Below are positions 21,117-30,949 of a stretch of 39,892 bases of DNA, piece by piece. A program made the translations under genes and the position numbers. The stretch covers positions 1-39,892 of the forward strand of contig RBZT01000474.1 of NCBI GenBank assembly GCA_003693705.1, given 5' to 3'. This DNA is from Polymyxa betae A26-41. Taxonomy: Eukaryota > Protista > Endomyxa: Phytomyxea. The notes under the pieces were generated by a model, which saw nothing but the letters and a program-made list of their open reading frames with translations, was not told the origin of the DNA and searched no databases. The stretch's first letter is position 1; each line of letters opens with the position of its first letter.

Positions 21117-23405
21117 AGATATATTCATATGTAAAAAATATTTAAATAAATAAGAGCATGTCGAGCGATCTCAAGAGGTGACTAACTGTAAAAATCGGGA
21201 GTTTATAAAAACAAACCGATTCTAAAATGAATCTGGAATTCAATGGGGTCCGGAACAAGGCTGGGCGAGTAGTCAGCTTCCGTCGGAACCAGGGTCCGGA
21301 ACCAGAAGCCGGCCGCGAGCGGCAGCGGCAGCCCGGGCCCGACGAGACGGGAGGGCTGCGCTGGAACAGGCTGCGCTCGACACCCCCCTTGTTTGAAGGC
21401 GCACTTGGTGTTGGGGAAAGTGCGGGGCCGCCATATTCATCGTGTCTCTCTGGGTCGTCGTCTGAGTTGGTCGGGTCGTCGTCCTCGAACTCGGAGTCGG
21501 TGTCGGTGTTGGAATCGTGAGGATCGCAAATTCGAGCTCAGCATCAGAGTGGCTCAGCTCGCGATCGGGGTCGAGGGTAGAAAGTGATGATGGAGTGGCG
21601 GATTAACCTGTTAAGATAATTACAGCTGGTAAGCAGATGGTATATCAGCCTGATTGTACTAATCGGCCGTTTCTGTCTAATAAAGAGACGTCTTCAAGCG
21701 CAGAAAATTTGTAGTCTACGCTCGAGAGTAGGTAATACAGGTCGCTCTTCGTCAGTGTTGGGCAATCGTAGGGGACCATAGTATTCACATTGAAGGTGTC
21801 TTCTCGATCTGATCGGATGTGTCTTAGGCGGTAGTTGCTGTTCGTCAATCGTTCAAGCATCTCCAAGGTCCGGACCCTGGGGCTGTAAGCTTACGTGTTC
21901 GCCTCGTGGGGTCCAGATTCTGGCTTTCGGGTGGTACCTGATAAACTAGGACGAGCTTTCCTTCTTCGAATCAAACTTCATGACGGTTGCGGTTGTAGCG
22001 GTCGGCGTCGTATTGGATGGTCTTTGATTCTTCTGCGGCGGCAAGTTCTCGAGCTTGTTTCAGTCGATTGATCATCTTCGTGCGCCAGTGCCGGACGTCG
22101 TCGGGAGCGGTCGTTGTTTCGCTAGGCGGAACAAGGAGTTCTTGTGGCAGGCGTGGGTCGCGACCGCGTTCGAGGAAAAACGGCGTTTCTCCCAGGGCGG
22201 GGTGGACGTAGGAGCGATACGCCAGCGAGATCAGGCCGGTGACTTCGTTCCAGTCGGTTTTATCGTGGTTACAGAGCGAAGTCAAGGCTGTACGGAGGAA
22301 GGCGTGTGGCCGTTCGGCGATTGCGTTTCCCTTCGGGCGATGCGATACCGTCGTGACCAGTTTCAGGCCGAGGACCGAAGAAAGGGCTTCAAACAGGTGG
22401 GAACGAAACGACTGCGCTCGGTCGCTTGTTATCTGGACTGGAAATGATTCCTGTGTGAAAAGGTCGATAAACGTTTAGGCGGCTTCCGGGGCACTTTTAT
22501 CTTTGACAGGGATGAATCGATCCGATCGGGATGTGACGCAGACCACAGTCAGGATATATCGGAAATTACCGCGCCGCGATCTGTTGAGTGGCCCGAAGTG
22601 GCCGATGTCGATCTTGCTCCAGGCAGGCAAGAAGCTCGGCGTTCGCTTGATCATCTTGCCAACGCGGTCAGGTTTGATTATTTTAGATTTTTGGCGTTAA
22701 AGCAATAGTAACGAACTTTCGCACGTCAGAGCTCATACCAGGCCAGTAGGGCGAATCTGGACAGCAGCTGTAGGGTCCTGTTTTGTCCGAAATGTGCTCC
22801 GGGACGGCTGCTGTGGATCAGGTGGATGTACTGGTTTCGGAACTCGTCCGGGATTAACGTCTGCAAGCTTCCAGTACGTGGGCAAAGTCGTCGCAGCAGC
22901 CCGAGTTCGCCGATTTCGCTTCCAGAAGCCTGCTGTAATGTCAGATCGCCGGATTGCGCCTTGATGAGCTGTGCTAAGTCAATCTCTATAGGGGCGGTTG
23001 AATTCGGGCTCAGGTTCATAACCAGGATGTCTTCAAATAGGTGTTCGTCGTCATCTACAATGTCAGAGTTTTCGCGGCAGCATGGTTCTTGCTAGCATCG
23101 GGATAGGGCATCGGCGTCGACGTGCCGTATGCCTTCCTTGTAGACGACGTCGAAGGTAAAATGTTCAAGCTCGTTAACAATTCTCTGAAGTTTTGCGTCG
23201 TCTTGTGGTCTGCGTAGTAAAGCGAGCGATAAGTGGTCAGACACAACCTTAAACTGGACTCCTTCCAAGCATTGTCGCTAGCGTTTGATGGCGTACCATA
23301 ACGCGACAGCTTCTCCACGGCGTGCGGAATATGTGGATTCCTTGCCTTTACAGCATCTGGAAAGGTAAGCGATCGGGTACTCGTTGTTTTCGTCATCCTA
23401 TTGTG

Positions 23406-24605
23406 CTAAAACCGCTCGAATTCCCAGGTGCGAGAAGTCGGTTTTGACGAAGAAGGTTCAGCTGAAATCTGGATACCGCAGCACGGGCGACGACGACAGC
23501 TGGTCTCGGAATTGCAGGAAGGCGCGTTCTTGGTCTTCCCCCACTGGAATGTCTGGTTCTTCTTTAGGAGGCGCAATAGAGATGCAGCAGTTTGTGCGAA
23601 ATCGTGAATATAAGTACGGTAATAACCTGAGAGGTCGATGAAAGATCTGACATGTGCAACCGACGTAGGTCGGGAGTATGAGCGGATTGCCTCCACCAAG
23701 TCGTCGTCCGGTCTTATGCCTTCGGGGCTCACGGTATGGCCTAAATAGGTCCGTTGACGTTGTGCAAATTTGCACTTCGCAGGTAATGCACGTAGTCCGT
23801 GTTCGCGGAGTCGCTGTAGAACTTCTGAAATGGCGGTTAAGTGGCGCTGGAATGATCCTGGGGTAAAGATTAATATGTCGTCTAGGTATACGAGACCGCT
23901 GCGCCAAGTCAAGCCGGACAGGACCAGGTCCATCAAACGTTGGAACGTAGCCCGGGCACATTTAAGACCAAAGGGCATCCTCGTGAATTGAAAAAGGCCA
24001 TCTGTAGTCAAAAACGCGGTGAGTTCCTTTGACGATTCCGACATAAGGACCTGATGGAATCCGCTGGCGAGGTCGATCGAGGTAAAGTATGTCGATCCGT
24101 TTAATCGTTCGAGTCCACGGTCAGCGCCTGCCATCGGATACGCGTCGAACTTTGTGACGTTGTTAAGGCGGCGATAGTCGATGGCAAAACGCCATTGTCC
24201 GGGTGTCTTCTTGGGCGTGATGACGACCGCAGCTGTCCAGGGGCTCCTCGAAGGTTCAATCACGCCAGACGTAAGCAGTTGTTGAAGCTTCTCTGGACTG
24301 ACTGATTCATTAGCGGGCCCCATCTGTCTTAACGGTTCCCGGAATGGTGGAGGGTCACCTTGCAGCTCAATAATGTGTTTTACAATGTCAGTGGCCCCTA
24401 AAGGAACGGATGCTGATGTGAATGTGTCTGCGAAGTTTGTGAGAACATCTCGAAGCTGTTCGCGTTCTTGTTCGGTTAATGTTGTCTGCAATGTAGTGTT
24501 TGACGTAATTTCGGAAATATGGGCATTCCAATCTGCAGCTGACAAGTGTTGCAGAGCGTGCGGACGATCTCCCGTGGCGTGAGTTTTGTAGTGTGATGCG
24601 TACAC
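23406..24605 (-). CDS. Reverse transcriptase of G (segment of a broken pol)
   Basis: SRSPW, WRFAIDYRRLN, IDLASGFHQV, MPFGLKCA, VYLDDILI. Confidence 0.93.
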   Translation of the reverse strand: MYASHYKTHATGDRPHALQHLSAADWNAHISEITSNTTLQTTLTEQEREQLRDVLTNFADTFTSASVPLGATDIVKHIIELQGDPPPFREPLRQMGPANESVSPEKLQQLLTSGVIEPSRSPWTAAVVITPKKTPGQWRFAIDYRRLNNVTKFDAYPMAGADRGLERLNGSTYFTSIDLASGFHQVLMSESSKELTAFLTTDGLFQFTRMPFGLKCARATFQRLMDLVLSGLTWRSGLVYLDDILIFTPGSFQRHLTAISEVLQRLREHGLRALPAKCKFAQRQRTYLGHTVSPEGIRPDDDLVEAIRSYSRPTSVAHVRSFIDLSGYYRTYIHDFAQTAASLLRLLKKNQTFQWGKTKNAPSCNSETSCRRRPCCGIQISAEPSSSKPTSRTWEFERF

Positions 24606-26721
24606 AGGCTGTAATCAGTCAATGATCATAAACGGTAGCGATTGGGGAGCCGCGGGGGATCAGCATCGGGTCATTCGACAGATTCGAGATCAGGACGCTT
24701 GTTGTTGGAGACGATACGCTGTTGACTCCGTAAGCGGCCACGAGATGGCGTCGACAGGAAGCGGGATGTTCGCTCAGGATGATATTCATGGGCGCCGAAA
24801 TTTCCGGTAGACTGGGAATTTTTGCATCAACCACTGATTCCGACCATGGCGGTAGGAGGATGTCGTCGGTGATGAGAACGTGTCGTTCGCGGATGTCGGG
24901 ACTGGCCGTGTTCCCCCGATTGGGTGTTGCGACAAAAGGGAAAGACTGACGGCAAAGTTTTGAGTGCACGAAATTACCGTCAAGGTCGATGACAAGCCGA
25001 AGCTGTCGTAACGCAGGTGAACCGACCAGCACATCATGGGCTGCACGATCCGAGATCAGGAATACGATGTCCGTAGTTGCAAAGTTTCCGATGAAAACGG
25101 GCAATATAACATGTCCCGTAGGGCGGACACTCGTGGAGCCGTCGAAAGCGACGAGGGTAACGCCCGAAGCGAGTTTGTTATTCTTACAATAACCATCTCG
25201 GAATTCGACGGTTGTGATGTGAGGAACTGCATACTCATGAGGTTGAAGGCTGAGCAGGAATCGGCGAGAGCGACGCATAGCCGACCGCCGACTGAGATGT
25301 TGATGCGAGCGATATCGGCTTGGTCGGAATTGTTGTCGAAGGCGTATGTTGGGACGGTATGTGCGGCCGCGGAACCGGGATCCCATGTTAGTCGGGTGTC
25401 AGCACCAGCAGATGCCAACACCCCGTGTCCCTAGGGTTGGGATTCGTCGCCTGAGGTGTCGATATCAGGCGGCGTCGCGTTAACGTCCGTTGTGGCGACG
25501 ATCTGGGCCGGAGCCGGGCACTCGTTCGACGCGAAATGACCGCGAACTTTGCACTTCTTGCAGTAGCCATTCTTCTTCGCGTGTTCGCACTGCTTGTAGT
25601 CGTGGTTGGCAGGGCGTTGAGCGCGCTCACGAGTCCGGCAAACTTCATTGGAGATGTTGCTGACGCTCGCGGCGTTCACAGGTGCTGTTTGGCTCGGCCC
25701 CGCTGACGACGCCCGTGATTCCCTGTTAGCAGATATCAGTTCTTCGAACATTTTCTCGTTTTTGCCATTGGATGCTTCGATCTGACGAACGGCTGCGAAT
25801 AGAGCTAGCAGACGGAGAGCTGGTTGTGGGATTGTTTGAAGGTATCCAGATTCCGCGATATCAGTTCGTAATTCACCAAAATATTTCTGGTTGAGCTGGG
25901 ATAGGAAAGCGTTGTAGAGGTCCTGATCTGTAGGGTTGTCGTATCTCCGGAACTCGGTGACGGCACTTTGAAAACATCTAATAAAGGAGGAACCGCTTTC
26001 CCGTTCTAATTGTCGGCAATTGCCGAACGAGCGACGGGCGATTTAGGCGGCTCCAGCGGGCAACGCGGCTTGGATGAGTCCGTCGCAAACCATCTGAAGT
26101 GAAGCGTCCGGGTGTGCCGTAAGGATCAGCCGCAGGCGCTCATCTAACATGTCCCCGCCATACCATTGCAGTTCTGCGATCGCCTCTCTGTCGGGGAGGC
26201 GGTAATACACTTGGAATTGCAAGACGCGTCCTATCCACTGCCGGAATCGTGATGGGTTTTCTTCTGGGTAGAAGTTCAAGGTCTCCAGTCGACGCGCAGG
26301 GTGAGATGGCGCCGAGGCGCGAACGGGCACGGTCGGGGCGTTGCTCGACGCCAGCTGGGTGAGAAGACCGGCGGGATGTGTCGGTGTGACCTCGGGCGGA
26401 AGTTCCATCGACGGACCGTTGCCTGATTCGCGGACTTGATGATCCTTTGGGGCTGTACCAGTTGCGGGAAGTAAGCCTCCATCCGCTGTTATCTTGACAG
26501 GTGGCTGTTGATTGAGGAGCGTTCGCATTTCTGTAAGCAACGCCATCATCAGCTCGTTATCATCATGCAGTTTATGGAGACGCTTCCTGGTGTCCTTCTC
26601 GAGTTGCGTCTGGCGCGAGTTAAGCGATGCGGTTGTGTCTCTGACGGTGGATCCGCGGCTTCGGGATCCAGTCGGATCCGTTTCGTCCTTAGATCGGTAA
26701 AGAGGCATTGGTGGTGCACCG

Positions 26722-26737
26722 ATTTTAGAATCGGTTT
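26722..26737 (-). promoter_or_regulatory. Primer-binding position of G, complementary to its own LTR (candidate self-priming PBS)
   Basis: AAACCGATTCTAAAAT directly follows the 5' LTR and forms an exact inverted repeat with 26792-26807. There is no TGG. Confidence 0.75.
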
Positions 26738-27251
26738 TGTCGAGCGATCTCAAGAGGTGACTAACTGTAGAAATCGGGAGTTTATAAAAACAAACCGATT
26801 CTAAAATGAATCGGGAAGTCAATGGCGTCCGGAACAAGGCTGGGCGAATGGTCAGCTTCCGTCGGAACCTGGGTCCGGAACCAGAAGCCGCCCGAGAGCG
26901 GCAGCGGCAGCCCGGGCCCGACGATCGGGGACATGACGAAGGAGGCGGGAGGGCTGCGCGGGAACAGGCTACGCTCGACAAGCAGACCCACCGCGTCGGC
27001 TATTTTCCCGCACTTTTTGAAAATAGCAGCTGGAAATGGCTGCCGGCATTTCCATCGCGGAGGTGGCGCGGCCTCGACTGCCAAAATTTTTAGCCGGTCG
27101 GGTTTTGAAATTTCATATATAGAAGCCGGTATCGCTGCCGGCCAAATGAAGAGCCCGGCCTGAAACAGGTTGCGCGGAGGCTCTGCACGCAGTCCGTTCT
27201 GCCGTTTTGGAGAGTAGCTTCCTTCTGGGATCTGTCGTCGTTGTAATTTCA

Positions 27252-27361
27252 ATGGAGGTCAATGCTGCAGGAAATGGCTCTGCTGGCCCAGACTGTGCCC
27301 CAAAACGGACATCTCGTGGCCCCGGTTTTGAACCGAATGAGTCCTTGGCGTTGGTTCGTGA
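27252..27361 (+). pseudogene. Start of the Harbinger Myb/SANT-like accessory ORF, cut by LTR K
   Basis: MEVNAAG...KRTSRGPGFEPNESLALVR resembles the RGxxFxxxExxxL start of Harbinger ORF2 proteins and lies just inside the left TIR. Confidence 0.55.
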
Positions 27362-28850
27362 TGTTGAAAGGGATGGGGCTCTGGTGTCTATCTCATCTCG
27401 CTGTGGAGTCGCTGATCTAGAGCTGCGAGCTGGTGTCTTCGTCCCACTCTTCGCCATCGTTACCTTGAAGGCCTACCGATGCTACAGTTCGATGACCGAA
27501 ACACAGCTGAACTGTTTATCATAAACAAAAGTCGTTTAACTACTACTCGGAACATTCCAAGAACGCCCCGGGCCAGTACGATCACAGCGCACTTCACGCA
27601 CTCCGACTCTGTGGAACCTTCCAGGCTTGGAATCTTCTAGCAATGTCGAGTCACATTCCAACACTCCCACCTGACGAGAGCATTGCTTGCTTGTTGAATC
27701 TCCGTGAGTCCGCGTCCGCCAACACTTGTTGATCAAATTTGAGGCCTGACGACGCTCCCACCGAATGTAGCTGCTCTCCACCTTCTTGTTCTGAATGCAT
27801 TTGCCGTTAACTTCGCGGACGCCCTCCAAATGACTTTGTCCGCTGTCTTTGACAGTCTCCGCCGAGTACACAAACTCTTGACTTGTCGCCGGAAAAACTC
27901 CGTAAACTCGGAACAATTTCCCGACTCTCTTCCCCGATAGCGCCAGCTTCCCGTTACAGAAAATGTCATACCGATCTCGCGATTGCCGGGTCTCGACTCC
28001 TCTGACCTCGCACGCCGCACTCGTAGATATCAGATTCTCCGTCAAACCGCTGACAAACAACACCTTCTTCAGCCGAACCTTTTCCGTCACTCGTGCTTGT
28101 CCGATATGCGTGCCGTATACCACATTGCCATTTCCGAGTCAAATAGGGACAGGCCGCTCCAACTTCTGGTAACTCTCCAACATATTCAGGTCCTTGACCA
28201 TATGGCATGATGCTCCGCTGTCTAACAGCCAACTATTAACTCCGCGTCCCCCATATCCGTCTGACGCCGCGCTGAACAAACACTCCGCATCCGCAACGTT
28301 CACCTCCGCATTCTTTTGGTCCTCGGACTTTACGTTACGGCTCCTCACGCCCAGTGTCCCTTCTGACCACATTTATGGCAGCACCGGAACTGCGCAAGGG
28401 TGCCTTTGAATGCATTTCCAGCTGATCAATGCGAGTTTCCAGCCATTTCCTGTCTTTTTGAATCTTGGCTGCTTTTTCCATGCGATTTTCAGAACTGCGC
28501 GTCGGAGTTGGTCAAATGTATGTATGGTCTGCAGCGAAAATCTGCTTTCCTGATGAAAACAGGGCGTTAATTTCCGCAAATCCAGACCAGCATTTAGTTG
28601 CAATAAAACTGACAATAAATTTACGGAATTTATTGAAAAATTATAGCATCTAATCTGAATTTTGGTAACCGGGTCGTGTGACTGGATGTTTCGATTCCTA
28701 TTCGATCAATTCTACCTACCTGATCGCTTCGATGCGGACAACCTTGATTTGCTGACTTCGGATCGTTAGTCGGCAGCGCCATTCTGATCAAAAACCTGGC
28801 GCCGTCATTGTTCGTATGGTCATGGAGTCGGAGGCGCCATCCTGGCCATG

Positions 28851-29755
28851 GTCGTACTGGACCCGCGGTCCAGACTATGGATCCGAAGCCATCGTTCTGA
28901 TCGGGATGACGATGCTGTCTTGATCATGGACGTTCTGGCCCCATTGTCCAGATCGTGGCATCAGCGATGTCTTTGGTCACCCGCCGTCACGTTTTTGGTG
29001 CTGATTCTCGGGTGTCGCTCTCTGGCTCAATGGCACCGTGCCATCATGGTGCCTGACGACCGCCTTCAGTCGCCAGGCGCCATGATGACGCGAGGATGTT
29101 GAGCCCAGAGCCTGGCCCAAATGTTGGCAATCACCTACGTGTTATTGTTTAGAGGTAAGTCCCTATTTGCAGAGTTTTGCTCCTTGATCTTTATTTAATC
29201 TTTTTTATCAATTTGAAGGCTTTTACCTTTTGTACAATGATTGCTTATGAGTATTATCTATCTTTATTAGTTCGTTTTTGTATCTTCCTGTGATTGTCGT
29301 ACTGGCCCCGCTGTCCAGATCAATTATGGTGCCGGCGTCATCGTCCTGACCTGGGTGGCGCTGCCGCGGTCTCGCTCGTGGCTGAGCCGACACCGCTGTC
29401 CAAATCGTGGCATCAGCGCGATGTCTTTCAGACCATCGCGCCCCCGCCGTCACGTTTTCGGTGCTGAGTCCCAGCTGTCGCTCTCTGGCTCAATGGCACC
29501 GTGCCATCATAGTGCCTGTCGACCGCCTTTAGTCGAAAGGCGCCGTGATGGCACGAGGCTGCTGAGCCCAGAGCCTATCTCAAATGTTGTTGGCAATCAC
29601 CTACGTGTGAGTTTAATTACAGGTAAGTCCCTATTTGCAGAGTTTTCAGTCTGGACCTTTATTCAATCTTTCTATCAATTTGATGGTTTTTTGCCTTTTG
29701 AAAAATGATTGTTTATGAATACTGACTATCTTTATCAGCTTGTTTTGCATTATTA
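28851..29755 (+). repeat. Diverged tandem duplication of about 450 bp (28851-29295, 29296 to about 29755)
   Basis: Shared blocks such as TGTCGCTCTCTGGCTCAATGGCACCGTGCCATCAT and AGGTAAGTCCCTATTTGCAGAGTTTT. Confidence 0.9.
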
Positions 29756-30404
29756 TTTGATGATGGGGTTGAGGGATCCTGATTGTACTGGTGCTGCTAT
29801 GGCTGCATTCTATGGCTGCGATTTCTTTTGCTGCTACAGCATCTAGCTGCTGTTAACTTCACGTCCGCTATTGGTGCTAATGCTTCCTGGTGGTGATGAT
29901 AATAATGGTACTGTGCTGCAGCTGCTGATGATTCTGCTTTTTCAACTGCTGCTGATAGTGCTCTTGTTTCAGCTTCTGCCGCTGTCACTATTGGTGACCA
30001 CGATACTGGTGCTGATGCGGTTCTCGGTGTCATCACTGCCTGTTGACGCCGTTGCTGTCGTTTCTGCCGCTGCTTCTGCTGTAGGTGAGGGATTTTTGGT
30101 TTTATTACGTGTTATCTGAATCCTGAATGTTTTATCTTTTCAATCATATCAATGAGTTTATATTTCGCTTTATATTTATCTTCTGTATTTATTCGGAAAA
30201 CTGGAGCTTTTGTGCATTTTCAATTATGGCAGCTTGACGATTTCATATTGAGACTCTTTCCGTTTCTTATCTTCAACTGATAAATTGTGTTCTAAGGATT
30301 CTGGTTGTGCTTCTGGTACACCTACCGTTACTTTCAGTTAACTTCGAGGCCACTATTGCTGCTAATGCTTCCTGGTGCTGGTGCTGTTGATATTAGCGGT
30401 ACTG

Positions 30405-30430
30405 TGCTGCTGCTGCTGCTGCTGCTGCTG
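30405..30430 (+). repeat. (TGC)8 microsatellite within a GCT-rich duplicated block
   Basis: Read directly from the sequence. Confidence 0.9.
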
Positions 30431-30949
30431 ATGGTTTGGTTCTGCAGTTTCAGCTGCTGGTGATGGTACTCCTGTTTCAGCTGCTGCTTCTTCTATAAGT
30501 GAGAGTGCTCTTTCTCTCATTAAGTGTTATCTGGTTTTTCAATCTGTTTGAATGTTGTAATTCAGTAATCGTTGTTTAGTAGATCATTACATTTTCAGAC
30601 ATTTTTCCTTTTTCATTAGTTTTTTTCTGGGTTGTGTTATTCTGTTGGTGCTGCTGCCCCTGCTGATGAAACAGCCTCTGGCGATCACGGCTGCGATATC
30701 ATCTGTCTTCGTGGGCCCATTCTGTTCAATAGTAACAGTGCCTGCGCTCTGTCTATCGCCGGTTCCAGCTGTTACTAGTGCAATTGTCGCCGCATAGCCA
30801 TCGATGAACCAATTGGTCAGGAGCTTCTATTGTCGTCGCAATCCGGATGCATATAACGTAGCTGTTTATCATCTTCTAACTATTTTTCTTCTGTGACAGA
30901 ATCTTTCTTTGTTGAGATTTCTTTCAGACAATATTATCAAAGAATATCA

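Larger units (their letters stand above)
21159..26980 (-). mobile_element. Full-length (decayed) Gypsy LTR retrotransposon G, no chromodomain
   Basis: LTRs 21159-21382 and 26738-26980 (TGTCGAGCG...CGCTCGACA; about 12 substitutions and a 19-bp indel). 4-bp TSD AGCA (21155-21158, 26981-26984). PPT 21383-21390. gag from ATG 26708, knuckle CKKCKVRGHFASNEC, PR ALADSCSA, RT YLDD, RNase H and integrase. Confidence 0.96.

Noticed and set aside
21600-21770. Possible small LTR fragment in the 3' region of G (TGTTAAG...)
   Set aside because: No second terminus or TSD found.
29040-29575. Hammerhead ribozyme (CTGACGA in unit 1; CTGTCGA...GAAA in unit 2)
   Set aside because: Neither unit has both core halves, stem II does not close, and no UH cleavage site follows a stem III.
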